NCBI GenBank assembly: GCA_964398775.1
Contig: CAYNND010000001.1
Location: 39,528-103,527, forward strand
Length of the DNA: 64,000 nt
Reading direction: 5' to 3'
Origin: an uncultured Candidatus Saccharibacteria bacterium
GTDB taxonomy: Bacteria > Patescibacteriota > Minisyncoccia > Phycocordibacterales > UBA2100
In this document: one piece after another, positions 45,614 to 55,604 of the stretch
Layout: each line of letters starts with the position of its first letter
How positions within the stretch are numbered: position 1 is the stretch's first letter
Notes under the pieces: model-generated
What the model saw: only the letters and a program-made list of their open reading frames with translations
Databases searched by the model: none
Told to the model about the DNA's origin: nothing
Position numbers and translations under genes: made by a program

Positions 45614-45931
45614 TTAGTCCTCGATCTGCTGTGCAGAAATTCCGAGGACTATGGCGATAATTATGGCAGACGCCTGCACCGCGCATGCAATGACCCACCC
45701 GAGAGCAAAAATCAGGAATGTGAGGTCTTCGCAGTCACGTGCGCGCGACATCTGTCTGCACTCGCCAAACTTGTCGAGACTTTGTGATATGCCGTCGGCC
45801 ATCAGCCCCGTGCCTGTGTAGAGCCCGTGCCACCAGAGGTAGCACATGAGCGCTGCAAGCGCGAGACATGGGACGATACGGACAACCACAGGGAGCCGCA
45901 ACACCAACCGTGCGAATTCATCCACCTTCAA
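45614..45931 (-). CDS. Hypothetical small membrane protein
   Basis: 105 aa, three hydrophobic helices. Confidence 0.4.
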   Translation of the reverse strand: MKVDEFARLVLRLPVVVRIVPCLALAALMCYLWWHGLYTGTGLMADGISQSLDKFGECRQMSRARDCEDLTFLIFALGWVIACAVQASAIIIAIVLGISAQQIED

Positions 45932-46045
45932 CCTGCCTTTCTATTGGAGCCTAGTGATGAGTGAAATCGTACAAATATATTATACCATAAATATGGTTTG
46001 AGTCAATAATGACTAGCGCCTGCATTCCCTTGCTATACTTGCCCC

Positions 46046-46411
46046 ATGGCACATGAAGTACTCAGCGTTGATTTGGTAAACGACGGCACATCGTATGACG
46101 CACCGCAGCCACATGAGCGCTTTTATCGCGAGTACGCTGAACTGAAGACTCATTTCACACAGATACTCGGCGGTATTGTCGGGCGGCTTGATAGAAAAGA
46201 AATGGAGAGTCTGCGATTTTCTCTGGAAGACATCGCTGCAAAAGAGCTGCAGAAAATACACCCACCGACAATCGATTTCCGACGCATGGAGCTCCGACTC
46301 AAAGAAGAACGTCTCGCACAAGACATGAAACAGTGGGTCATCTATACAGTTATCTGGGCAGGTGATGGGCGCAACGATAGTATCCGCTGGACGTTCACCA
46401 TCCCCCGCTAA
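46046..46411 (+). CDS. Hypothetical protein
   Basis: 121-aa ORF; no motif. Confidence 0.4.
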   Translation: MAHEVLSVDLVNDGTSYDAPQPHERFYREYAELKTHFTQILGGIVGRLDRKEMESLRFSLEDIAAKELQKIHPPTIDFRRMELRLKEERLAQDMKQWVIYTVIWAGDGRNDSIRWTFTIPR

Positions 46412-46440
46412 CTCCCCACGAGAACTGGTATACTTTCACT

Positions 46441-47487
46441 ATGATTCGAGAACGAGGGCGTCGTGAAATAACTGGGAGGCGAGAGCTCATTCAGAAAGAC
46501 CCGCAGGTGCAGGAACTCATCCATGTGTTGAGCGAGTCAGCGCGCGGTAAAGTCATCAATGCAATACCGAATCGAGATATTCCGGAAGACATACGAGATG
46601 CTGTGCGTACCTCTGTCCGTGCAGTGCGTGCATACATGCACCACTTGAAGATACCGGTCCGCTTATCTGAGAAAGATATCCTGAAGCGCTGCCGATTTGT
46701 CGCAGATTCTGTAGCAACGTTTCGCGACCCAGGCGGCCATACATTTGAAATTAAACCACTTCCTGCAGCGCTCTACGATACATTTACAGAACTCTTTGTC
46801 ATACATACACCGAACACCCACCGTACTGATCGTTTTAACCTCATCCGCATACTTATGCATGAAATCATGCATAGTATTTCCCATAACGAAACACGTATAG
46901 TACGACACCCCACAGGCTCTATCAGAATGATACACACATCAGGGTACAAAAATGCACGCAGCGAACATGGTGAGCGGAGAGAAGTCATCGAAGAGCGCTT
47001 CATTGGCTTTAATGAAGCGATCACCGACCTCATGGCGCTGCGAGCGATATCGCACGCACAAGCTCTTCCTGCAGGATACGTGCAACTCTCCCACACCAAT
47101 GATGGATACACTGATGAAAAGAATCTCGTTCACATCATCTGCGTGACGATTGGTGGGAGAATCGGAAAGTCTACCGAAGAAATGGAGCGTATGTTCTTCA
47201 AAGGATACATCGATGGTTCGCGTATGAATCTCCGCATCATCGCTGAGCACTTTGGTCCACAAGCGCTCAGTGTCCTCTCAAAGCTCGGGCAGCACCGAGA
47301 TGCTCCGTATCATGGCAGCGTCTTGAACAGTAAAATCACTTCTTGGTTTACCCATGCACTGGACGCGCAGCGCGATGAGCTCTATCACGAAATAATGAGC
47401 TACCCAACACCGCAACAACTTGCTCGTGAGGAGCTAGAAAAGAAGGCGTACTATGATGCACCACGCCCTGATAGTAGCGAGGAGTAA
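46441..47487 (+). CDS. Hypothetical zincin-like protein with HExxH motif
   Basis: ILMHEIMHSISHNE followed ~40 aa later by GFNEAITD (candidate third ligand/Glu helix); family not recognisable. Confidence 0.45.
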   Translation: MIRERGRREITGRRELIQKDPQVQELIHVLSESARGKVINAIPNRDIPEDIRDAVRTSVRAVRAYMHHLKIPVRLSEKDILKRCRFVADSVATFRDPGGHTFEIKPLPAALYDTFTELFVIHTPNTHRTDRFNLIRILMHEIMHSISHNETRIVRHPTGSIRMIHTSGYKNARSEHGERREVIEERFIGFNEAITDLMALRAISHAQALPAGYVQLSHTNDGYTDEKNLVHIICVTIGGRIGKSTEEMERMFFKGYIDGSRMNLRIIAEHFGPQALSVLSKLGQHRDAPYHGSVLNSKITSWFTHALDAQRDELYHEIMSYPTPQQLAREELEKKAYYDAPRPDSSEE

Positions 47488-47976
47488 TTATGCCTTTTTT
47501 CGTTTTGCTTGCTCTGCGTGACGGTACTCGTTGTAGAGCAGTAGCACAACGACAAGGTCGTAGAGGGTAATGATGAAGAGCCAGTACGACCACACGAACA
47601 TAAGACGTACGCACTGGTACACAAAAAAGAGGAGCAAGATGCGCATCGCTTTCGTGTATGCCCACTGACGGCGAAACCAGATACCTTCGACAAGCACAAT
47701 GTTGATGATGCCGTGAATCGCAAGGTACCCACTGATAAACCATATATCAAATGTGGTGATGTTTCCTGGCTGCATGCTTAAGTACTGCGATACCACACCG
47801 TCGCCTTCAAAGTCAGTCACAAGCGTCGTCACTTTTGCAAAAAAGCGTATCGCGAGTTCACTCCCTGTTGTGAAAATAACTGCCGCCGCAACCAAATCAA
47901 CAACCGCAGCAACACCTTTCACGATAAGGGTCACATCAAAGAGACGTTTAAAATGTTCTCGAGAAAGCATGGTTAT
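47488..47976 (-). CDS. Hypothetical 4-TM membrane protein (DUF2127-like); start at internal Met
   Basis: hydrophobic helices; no catalytic motif. Confidence 0.4.
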   Translation of the reverse strand: MTMLSREHFKRLFDVTLIVKGVAAVVDLVAAAVIFTTGSELAIRFFAKVTTLVTDFEGDGVVSQYLSMQPGNITTFDIWFISGYLAIHGIINIVLVEGIWFRRQWAYTKAMRILLLFFVYQCVRLMFVWSYWLFIITLYDLVVVLLLYNEYRHAEQAKRKKA

Positions 47977-49097
47977 GTGGTAGGTGTTGGCGGCTGACTC
48001 TGTCTGAACATGAGTGCAGTCATCGCGATAAGTACAAGAATCACAAGCCCTATTCCTGCCCATGGCAACCACGTGTACTGCTCGGTGAGTCTACTCTCCC
48101 CCTCATCACACACGTCGCCAATTTTGTCGCCGTCTGTGTCTCGCTGGTCACGGTTTGTAATGAGCGGGCAGTTATCGTGTATATTCACGTATCCGTCTCT
48201 GTCAAAATCATCACATGCATCACCGACTCCATTACTGTCGATATCTTCCTGACCTGCATTTGCAATACCGCGGCAGTTATCTTGTGCATCAACGACGCCA
48301 TCACCATCAGTATCAGCTGGAGTATAGAGCGGGTTTGGAGTTGAGAGTCCAACACTTCCCTGTTTACTCTGTGCGCCACTGAGTTGTGGTGATTCACTTG
48401 TGTGTATTGCCTCCTGACGATCTGCACCGGTGTAGAGCGTATACTGACCACCTGGCTGGGCTAGAAATGTAATACCGTCGATACGAGTGCCGCTTGTCTG
48501 AGGAAGCACAGTCACTCCACTCACTCGAACTGGCTGTGAATACCAGAGAGTTACCTTCCATGTATGTGCGCGCTCCATAGGGAAACGGAGAGTGCCGTAG
48601 GGATATGCTTCATATGCACGGGCCACTTTCTCACCTTGAGCAGAGATGATACTTACAGAGCTGTGAGTGGGTGCTGCAGAATACGCAGCAAGGTCTATCT
48701 GTATACCAGTACTCTCTACTTCAACACTCCCTTCTGTGCTTATCACTAGTTCTACGCTATTTTCACCAGCTCCATACGGGAGGTCATAGGATGTGTTGCC
48801 GTCTGAATCAGTGAGCACATTGTTCGTGTATGCTCCACCGACAGTCGCAGAAAATTGAGGGCCCTCTACCTGTGTGTAGTTGTAGACGAATGGCACAAAG
48901 AGCTCTGCACCTTTCTGCTCGAGCGCAGCGTATGCAGAATTACCAAAGCCGAACTTGTATGGAATCGAAACGACTGTAGGAATAGAAATCTTTGGCACGA
49001 CAACGGGCGTCACTGTTGTAAACACAGCTCGCACGTCAGCAGATGCAATAGACGTTACAGCGCAGAGCGCGATAGCTACTGAAATGAAGTATTTCAT
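47973..49097 (-). CDS. Secreted protein with thrombospondin type 3 (TSP3) calcium-binding repeats and C-terminal TM anchor
   Basis: signal peptide; DTDGDGVVDAQDNC...DIDSNGVGDACDDFDRDGYVNIHDNC...DTDGDKIGDVCDE repeats; C-terminal TM WLPWAGIGLVILVLIAMTALMF. Confidence 0.7.
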   Translation of the reverse strand: MKYFISVAIALCAVTSIASADVRAVFTTVTPVVVPKISIPTVVSIPYKFGFGNSAYAALEQKGAELFVPFVYNYTQVEGPQFSATVGGAYTNNVLTDSDGNTSYDLPYGAGENSVELVISTEGSVEVESTGIQIDLAAYSAAPTHSSVSIISAQGEKVARAYEAYPYGTLRFPMERAHTWKVTLWYSQPVRVSGVTVLPQTSGTRIDGITFLAQPGGQYTLYTGADRQEAIHTSESPQLSGAQSKQGSVGLSTPNPLYTPADTDGDGVVDAQDNCRGIANAGQEDIDSNGVGDACDDFDRDGYVNIHDNCPLITNRDQRDTDGDKIGDVCDEGESRLTEQYTWLPWAGIGLVILVLIAMTALMFRQSQPPTPTT

Positions 49098-51013
49098 TAT
49101 GATCTTTTTTTACGGATGATGAACGCTGTACTGACCATAAGCGCACCGATGACCATGAATGTAATGATGCGCACTCCTGATGGCAGCGCCCAAACATCGA
49201 CAAGCGCAAGTCGCGCGATGACAAACCCAACAAGCCATGTACCAAAGAGTCGATACACTCTGATATCACGCTGTGTGCCGAGTACATATGCACCAATACC
49301 CAAGATGGTGTATATAATAAGCGCAACCATCACTCCAAATGAGCCGTAGAAAGCCATCTCAGTACAGACACGCCAAATAGCAAACAAGTAGTACAGTGTA
49401 CCTACGATAATGAGTGTCGCGTACCACTGTCGATTAGTAACTGAATTTGTCGCAAGTGAAAGATTACGGAAGTAGAGACCAGTCACGATAAGTATTGAAC
49501 CCATAGTGACAAGCACCGCGAGCGCACTGTTTGAGAATGGGTTACCGATAGTCACCAGCGAAAGAAATACTGGTATCGCAAAGACATAGCTTCCCTTGCG
49601 TGCTGCAGCGATGTCTTTCGTGAAGAGGAACGCGAGGATGGTGATTGCTGCTGCTTCGAGCGCATACGCTATCGTCAGTGCATTTCCTTCAAGCTCTGCT
49701 GCTGTTGCTGCACCGATATAGACAATGGCGAGTGCTGCATAGAGGAAGAATCCTTCGCGCTTTTCTGTCATCATGAATGCACTGTATGCTGCAAAGACAA
49801 AGAGCAGTGCCCACCCTGCAAGCGACAGACTCTGCCAGACAGGTGTGATCATGCCAAATATTGCAAACAGGAGGATTGCACCATGAGCAAAGACAGCGAC
49901 TGATTCGCCATCATACTGACCTGGCTCTTCAAATCTGAAGCTCTTCGTTCGCATCACAAAGAGAGCGTATGTTCCCCCAATGAAGAGCGCACCCCATGCA
50001 AAGAGTGGCATCATGTACGCATCTCGTGTAAAGACAGTCCCTATCCATGTTAAGAGCAGTGTTGAGTTAATGAGCATCGCTATACTGTCTACTTTGCGGA
50101 TACCATGTGTCTTGGTTGCTGTGTAGAGTTGGAGTGCAAAGAGCACTACCGCGTAGAAACACTCAATAAGAAACGCACTGTCGCGGACACCGACACCACC
50201 TGACATCGCAAAGAGGCTATAAAACCAGAGGAATACCGCAGCAGTGATGTTGAGTTCTGGGTAATCACGAAGTACGGTGAGTATAGCAGTCGCAACGATG
50301 ATGACTCCGTAATACATGAATAGTCCGAGAACATCAGCAGTCGCTGAAGCAGTCAGAAACGGTGCGATACCCATAAGTACCAACGAGATGGTCGCGAGTG
50401 GTCTTCGGTTATAGAGGATACTTGCTGTCGCAACAAATGCAGAAATCGCAACCATAATTGCCAGTGCTGACAGTGGTGTGAAGAAGCCATAGAGTGCACG
50501 AGCTGCAAATGTAGTGAGCATAGTAACTCCGGCTCCAAGCACCAAGAAAATATCTGCCTGGTGTGGGTTTACCTTGTAGCGCATAAACCCGACAACCATG
50601 ACAGTAACTCCTGCAAGGAGTCCGAGTGTGATGCGACCGACAGGACCAATCCAGTTGTTTGCAATTGCAAATGAAACGAACCATCCAAAACTGAGGAGCA
50701 ACAAAATAGCACCAACCTTGAGCAGCCAATCTTCTTTGAGCCAATCACCAATAGTCGCCTTCCGCACTTCATGTATCTGCTGCGTCAATACACCAAGCTC
50801 GGTCGCTTGTGCAGCAGGTGCCTGTGGTTGTGCCTGTACTTGAGCGACTTGCTCTGCTTTTTGTGGAGCCGCTTGCTGTGCTTGAGGCGCAACAGGCTGA
50901 ATACTTTTTCCTTGCAGTGAACGGAGATAATTTTCGAGCATGATGCTCCGTGAGCGAGCATTTGCTGCCATAATAATTGCAGCGATGCTAATACAAAAGG
51001 CTAAAAATTCCAT
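49097..51013 (-). CDS. Large polytopic membrane protein (approx. 16-18 TM; DUF2339-like), start at internal ATG
   Basis: long run of hydrophobic helices after a Gln/Ala-rich N-terminal linker; no catalytic motif. Confidence 0.5.
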   Translation of the reverse strand: MEFLAFCISIAAIIMAANARSRSIMLENYLRSLQGKSIQPVAPQAQQAAPQKAEQVAQVQAQPQAPAAQATELGVLTQQIHEVRKATIGDWLKEDWLLKVGAILLLLSFGWFVSFAIANNWIGPVGRITLGLLAGVTVMVVGFMRYKVNPHQADIFLVLGAGVTMLTTFAARALYGFFTPLSALAIMVAISAFVATASILYNRRPLATISLVLMGIAPFLTASATADVLGLFMYYGVIIVATAILTVLRDYPELNITAAVFLWFYSLFAMSGGVGVRDSAFLIECFYAVVLFALQLYTATKTHGIRKVDSIAMLINSTLLLTWIGTVFTRDAYMMPLFAWGALFIGGTYALFVMRTKSFRFEEPGQYDGESVAVFAHGAILLFAIFGMITPVWQSLSLAGWALLFVFAAYSAFMMTEKREGFFLYAALAIVYIGAATAAELEGNALTIAYALEAAAITILAFLFTKDIAAARKGSYVFAIPVFLSLVTIGNPFSNSALAVLVTMGSILIVTGLYFRNLSLATNSVTNRQWYATLIIVGTLYYLFAIWRVCTEMAFYGSFGVMVALIIYTILGIGAYVLGTQRDIRVYRLFGTWLVGFVIARLALVDVWALPSGVRIITFMVIGALMVSTAFIIRKKRS

Positions 51014-51096
51014 GATGCAATAATTGTACCCTAAAAAATGGACGATATTGCACTCGCCCCTCCTTGGCTGTGTAGAGGGCATGATATACTAAAAAC

Positions 51097-51438
51097 ATGC
51101 TAGGAATACATATCGCAATTGCACTTATGAGCACACTCTATGGTGGTCATACCCTGTGGGAAGTTTTTACTCAGAGAAAAATTAACTCAGCTCGTAGAGC
51201 GCTCATGCTTGCGGCACTGCTTGTGCTCAGTATGACCTCAGGAATCCTGCTGACGTTGCAGACTGGCGCGAGTGTACTTTCTGTGTGCGATAACCTACTC
51301 CTCTATGCGACAGGCTTTAGTGTTGTGTTTGCATCACTTGCATACACACAGGGCTTCTCCACAGTGAAGCCATACATGACGTGGTCATATGCATACGCAA
51401 CAGCGCTCCCTGTGGCTCTCATCGCGTTTGGTTTCTAA
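51097..51438 (+). CDS. Small hypothetical membrane protein
   Basis: 113 aa, 3-4 hydrophobic helices. Confidence 0.35.
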   Translation: MLGIHIAIALMSTLYGGHTLWEVFTQRKINSARRALMLAALLVLSMTSGILLTLQTGASVLSVCDNLLLYATGFSVVFASLAYTQGFSTVKPYMTWSYAYATALPVALIAFGF

Positions 51439-51443
51439 ATACT

Positions 51444-52262
51444 TTATGGCTTGATGAGCTCAGTGAGCTTATCTTCAAGAGCAAACGCTTCAGGAGTGCG
51501 TCGTGGGCGTGGGCGCGGTAGGTCATTGTTGATGAGTGCTTCGAGCTTGCCTGGGCGTGGTGTAAAGACTCCCACTCTATCTGCAAGCTCTACTGCCTCA
51601 GGTATGAGGTGCGTCACCATGATGATGGTTGGCTTCTCTTCTTGCCAGAGGTCGAGCAATTCTTGTCGCAACTCTTCAGCAGTAAATGTATCGAGCTCAG
51701 AAAACGGCTCATCCATGAAGATAACTTTTGGCTTCATGACGAATGCCCGAGCAAGACCAACGCGTTGTCGCATGCCGCCTGAGAGATCTTTTGGTCGAGC
51801 ATGCGCAAATTGCTCAAGTTTGAAGCGTTTGAGTTGTTCGCGAACGCGCTCTTTTTTCTCAGCTTCAGGAACATGATTTGCAGTCAATCCAAACCCGACA
51901 TTCTCTTCTATCGTCATCCATGGCATGAGTGCAAAATTTTGAAACACATACCCTACCTTGCCTGGCGCAATATCTGCATGGCGCGTCACAGTACCAACTG
52001 TTTCTGTATCAAGTCCTGCCATGATACGCATGACGGTAGATTTCCCGGAACCTGACGGACCGACAAGCATGAAAAATTCTCCGCGATGCACTGTGAGTGA
52101 AATATCTTTTATTGCAACAAAATCATTGCCCGCTGCATCTTTAAATTGCTTGCTGACGCGATCGAGTGTGATGAGTGGTTCTTTTTCCATGTGCTTGTGT
52201 AAATAATATGTATGTACTACTCTGCCATCTTTTGATGACTCCAGTCCAGCAACGCCAGCCAT
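51444..52262 (-). CDS. ABC transporter ATP-binding protein, NitT/TauT (SsuB/TauB-like) family
   Basis: Walker A GPSGSGKST, signature LSGGMRQRVGLARAF, Walker B IFMDEPFSELD. Confidence 0.8.
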   Translation of the reverse strand: MAGVAGLESSKDGRVVHTYYLHKHMEKEPLITLDRVSKQFKDAAGNDFVAIKDISLTVHRGEFFMLVGPSGSGKSTVMRIMAGLDTETVGTVTRHADIAPGKVGYVFQNFALMPWMTIEENVGFGLTANHVPEAEKKERVREQLKRFKLEQFAHARPKDLSGGMRQRVGLARAFVMKPKVIFMDEPFSELDTFTAEELRQELLDLWQEEKPTIIMVTHLIPEAVELADRVGVFTPRPGKLEALINNDLPRPRPRRTPEAFALEDKLTELIKP

Positions 52263-52984
52263 ACAAAACGGTTAAATACAAAGATAAGGAGGAGGAACCC
52301 TGCAATGCCGAAGGCTGTTATACCGACACTCTCAGCATTTGCAGTAAAAAAGTTACCAAGACCCTGCGGTGCTTTGACTACCATTTCAGTTGCAATCAGT
52401 GCTTCCCAACCTTCACCGAGTCCAATGACCGTCCCAGTGATGACACCCGGGAGCGAGACGGGAATAATGAACTTTGTGTAGTACTGAATACCGCGGAGGT
52501 TATAAATCTGTGCAGCATCTTGCCAGTCACTGCGTACCATCTTGAGCGCACTGATGATGGAGAACAGAATAGGCCACATGATAGTAATTACTAAAAAGAA
52601 AATGATGGTTGTATCTACGTTTTCTGGGCCGAGTACATACACAGCCATCGGCATCGCTGCAAATGTCGGAAAGCTCTGTAAAACATCAAATATAGGCAGA
52701 GCAACTTTACCTCGAAGTCCTTGGTAGAAGGACACTGCAAGCGCCCACGAAAGTGTAACGGAAATAAGATACGCAACTGAAAGTCGATATGATGAGAGCG
52801 CCAAATCTTTCATGAGTGGGCCAAAGGCGATATTTCCTATCTGAGTCCCAACAAACAAAAAGACAAAAGGAAACGCAACGAGGAAGAGTGTGAAGAGTAG
52901 TGACGTCAAAGATGGATATATCATCCGCCGGTGGTGGTGTTTGTGATGTATCTTTGGCTCGAACATATAGGCAGTGTAGCGCAC
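52217..52984 (-). CDS. ABC transporter permease (binding-protein-dependent, SsuC/TauC-like)
   Basis: 6-TM permease with EAA-like loop (GEGWEALIATEMV); no substrate-binding protein gene adjacent. Confidence 0.7.
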   Translation of the reverse strand: MRYTAYMFEPKIHHKHHHRRMIYPSLTSLLFTLFLVAFPFVFLFVGTQIGNIAFGPLMKDLALSSYRLSVAYLISVTLSWALAVSFYQGLRGKVALPIFDVLQSFPTFAAMPMAVYVLGPENVDTTIIFFLVITIMWPILFSIISALKMVRSDWQDAAQIYNLRGIQYYTKFIIPVSLPGVITGTVIGLGEGWEALIATEMVVKAPQGLGNFFTANAESVGITAFGIAGFLLLIFVFNRFVWLALLDWSHQKMAE

Positions 52985-53017
52985 GAATGACTGATATGCC
53001 CACGCTGTACGTGGACA

Positions 53018-53422
53018 TCAATCAATTAAGTCACGCTCATGGAGCCACTGAATCAATTCTCTACCTGATGCAGACGTCGGGAGCTGCAGTCGTGAGTCTA
53101 TATATCCTATCTCTTCGATTTCATGAGCAGGAGTCATCGTGCCTGTGTACTCTGCGCTAAAGCATTTGAGCTCAAGCATTTTCCCAGCATTTTTCCCATG
53201 TGCTTCTGCATGAATCGTGTGCACATGCTTGATGGTCTCTGGTCGTACGTCAATTGAGAGCTCTTCTTTGAGCTCACGGATGAATGCAGCTTCGTCAGAC
53301 TCGCCCACTTCTGGTTTTCCTCCTGGATTGTAAAACGTATCATTTCCGCGGCTGCGCACGCACAGCAACTTTCTGTTTTCAATATGTACCCAACTTACTT
53401 TACGTATTGTTTCCTGCATCAT
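53018..53422 (-). CDS. NUDIX hydrolase (start at internal ATG pair MMQETIRK)
   Basis: NUDIX box GGKPEVGESDEAAFIRELKEELSI. Confidence 0.75.
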   Translation of the reverse strand: MMQETIRKVSWVHIENRKLLCVRSRGNDTFYNPGGKPEVGESDEAAFIRELKEELSIDVRPETIKHVHTIHAEAHGKNAGKMLELKCFSAEYTGTMTPAHEIEEIGYIDSRLQLPTSASGRELIQWLHERDLID

Positions 53423-53459
53423 ATGACAATACCGCAGGTATTTTAAAATGCAAAAAGAA

Positions 53460-53487
53460 GCCGCGTGTGGTGTCACCCTCACGCGGC
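53460..53487 (-). terminator. Terminator-like hairpin after gene 53518-53823
   Basis: gccgcgtg-12 nt loop-cacgcggc, minus-strand tail ttctttttgcatttt. Confidence 0.45.
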
Positions 53488-53517
53488 CGGGACTCTACTC
53501 ATTGCGCATCTATGCGT

Positions 53518-53823
53518 CTACATGAACGACGCAAGCATGGTCATACTGGGCTGCACCGAAGTGCTTGCCGGGTACTTCGGGCGAACCCGAGCTGCACGAT
53601 TGGGAGCGCCGTTGAGGAAGCGGTTGGCACGTTCTGCCCATGCTTCCATTTCGGCATCCGTCATCTGCGGACTCGAATCCACACTACTCAGTGGACCATG
53701 ATATATGTCGCCACCGAAGGCGAACATAGACTCGCAAAACGCCTCACACGCCGGATCGACATCGTCTTTCGACATCTGTTTCGTCCCTTCTGCTGGTCTT
53801 AGAACCGCGTCGTACGCCAGCAC
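53518..53823 (-). CDS. Hypothetical protein
   Basis: 101-aa ORF, acidic; no motif. Confidence 0.35.
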   Translation of the reverse strand: MLAYDAVLRPAEGTKQMSKDDVDPACEAFCESMFAFGGDIYHGPLSSVDSSPQMTDAEMEAWAERANRFLNGAPNRAARVRPKYPASTSVQPSMTMLASFM

Positions 53824-53867
53824 TATCGACGCGCCAAAATGCTAGCACAAAAAGTGAATGTGTCGAA

Positions 53868-54530
53868 TTACCAGAGGTGCGAGTGGTCGTTCCATGTCAC
53901 TGCTCTCCAGCCATGTTGCGGGTCAAATGTGAAATGTGAAAGACTAGTGTTCATGCATCGAAAGGTGTCATAGAGGTGCAGGAGGTACTCAGGTTGTGGA
54001 TGTTCTCGGCAGGCAACCCACGTGAGTAGTGTGTACAGAAAAAATTGGTGCGACACAAGCGCGATACGCTGCTCAGGTCGCGCCTCAAGCGCTCGCATCA
54101 CACGTTCTGCGCGGGCAGCAAGATCGTCAAATGTCTCTTCGTCATCAATGCGCTCTTTTGAACGTGACAGGTAGCGAGCATGCACCACATCAACTGTCGC
54201 AACGACTCGCGGATCAGTACGCTGTGCACCGACAACAACAGAAGGCAGGATGCGCTCATGTGCATCGGGCTGTATCTGCAGGGGCACATTCGCATGCATC
54301 GCTATCATCTCTGCTGTCTGATGTGCTCGTGTGTAGGGACTCGTCAAGACAACATCTACTTGTATCTCTCGCTCAAACCGTCGTGCTGCTTTCAGTGCCT
54401 GCAACTTCCCCTCCTCTGAGAGCATCGCTGTATTACTTTCACGGACATTGTGTCTATTTCCTTCACTCTGCCCATGTCGAATGCACGTAATATGTTTTAT
54501 AGATGAAGCACTCATCGATGTATTGTACAT
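53868..54530 (-). CDS. Histidine phosphatase (phosphoglycerate-mutase-like) family protein
   Basis: RHG catalytic motif ITCIRHGQSEGN. Confidence 0.75.
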   Translation of the reverse strand: MYNTSMSASSIKHITCIRHGQSEGNRHNVRESNTAMLSEEGKLQALKAARRFEREIQVDVVLTSPYTRAHQTAEMIAMHANVPLQIQPDAHERILPSVVVGAQRTDPRVVATVDVVHARYLSRSKERIDDEETFDDLAARAERVMRALEARPEQRIALVSHQFFLYTLLTWVACREHPQPEYLLHLYDTFRCMNTSLSHFTFDPQHGWRAVTWNDHSHLW

Positions 54531-54548
54531 CGAAAAAACGTAGTGGCT

Positions 54549-55598
54549 CTATTTTTCTGGGGACTCAGTTGCTTCAAGTACGATAAGCTCGAGAATCATG
54601 TGCGGATACGGTGAGCGGCGAATATCTGCGCCGCGCTCAAGGAGTACCCGGAGCATTTTTGAATTGATAGCACTATGCACTGCGTCTTTTCCTTGCGCGT
54701 AGGCTGCAACAAATGCATACGTGTCTGGCGAGAGTGATGTTTTAAATACTTCGTTCATAGAAGGTGCGCTTCTGAGTAGAAGTACGGCACGCACAAGCTC
54801 GAGTAGTCGCGTAAAGAGCATATCGATGTTTACACCCTGTGTGCGTGCGAGCGTGATATGAGAGAGCACTGAAGCGAAGTCACCCTTTGACCATGCTTCA
54901 AGAAGTGTTCGCGCAAGTGCCTGTGTCGGAGCTCCCGTTCGCTCTGCTACCAACTCGTCGGTTATTCGTGTGCCGTCTGCAGCTGTAATAATCTGCTGCA
55001 AGATTGAGAGAGTATCTCGGAATGAGCCATCGCCAAGTTCGGCGATAGAGTCAGCTGCAGCTGTATCAATAGCAATTTTTTCTTTCTTTGCGATACGCTG
55101 CACGGTCTCAGCAAGCACATCACGTGTGGGTCGTGCGAGTGTATATACTTCACAGCGCGAAAGTATGGTCTCAGGAACTTTATGAATATCAGTTGTCGCA
55201 AGAATGAAAATGACATGCTGTGGCGGCTCTTCGAGAATCTTCAGGAGCGCATTGAATGCACCTTTTGAGAGCATATGCACTTCATCGAGTACGTAGACCT
55301 TGTATGGTGACTCAAGTGGGAGTGTCATCGCGCCATCTCGTAGTGCGCGGATTTCATCAACTCCGTTATGTGACGCAGCATCAATTTCATAGACATCCTT
55401 ATCTGTCACTTTAAGCGCGCTCGCTAAGATGCGCGCAAGTGATGTCTTTCCAATACCGCGCCCGCCAGAGAAGATATACGCATGCGATGGCTTCCCCGCT
55501 GCTACAGCGGCCTCCAAAGTCTTCACAACTGCATCCTGTCCAATAACATCTGCAAAGGTGTGTGGTCGATACTTTCTGTACAGTGAGTGGTGTTCCAT
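54549..55598 (-). CDS. dnaX: DNA polymerase III gamma/tau subunit (short, gamma-like, 349 aa)
   Basis: YRKYRPHTFADVIGQD, Walker A SGGRGIGKTSLARILA, DEVHML, NALLKILEEPP sensor motifs. Confidence 0.8.
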   Translation of the reverse strand: MEHHSLYRKYRPHTFADVIGQDAVVKTLEAAVAAGKPSHAYIFSGGRGIGKTSLARILASALKVTDKDVYEIDAASHNGVDEIRALRDGAMTLPLESPYKVYVLDEVHMLSKGAFNALLKILEEPPQHVIFILATTDIHKVPETILSRCEVYTLARPTRDVLAETVQRIAKKEKIAIDTAAADSIAELGDGSFRDTLSILQQIITAADGTRITDELVAERTGAPTQALARTLLEAWSKGDFASVLSHITLARTQGVNIDMLFTRLLELVRAVLLLRSAPSMNEVFKTSLSPDTYAFVAAYAQGKDAVHSAINSKMLRVLLERGADIRRSPYPHMILELIVLEATESPEK

Positions 55599-55604
55599 AT
55601 GTAT

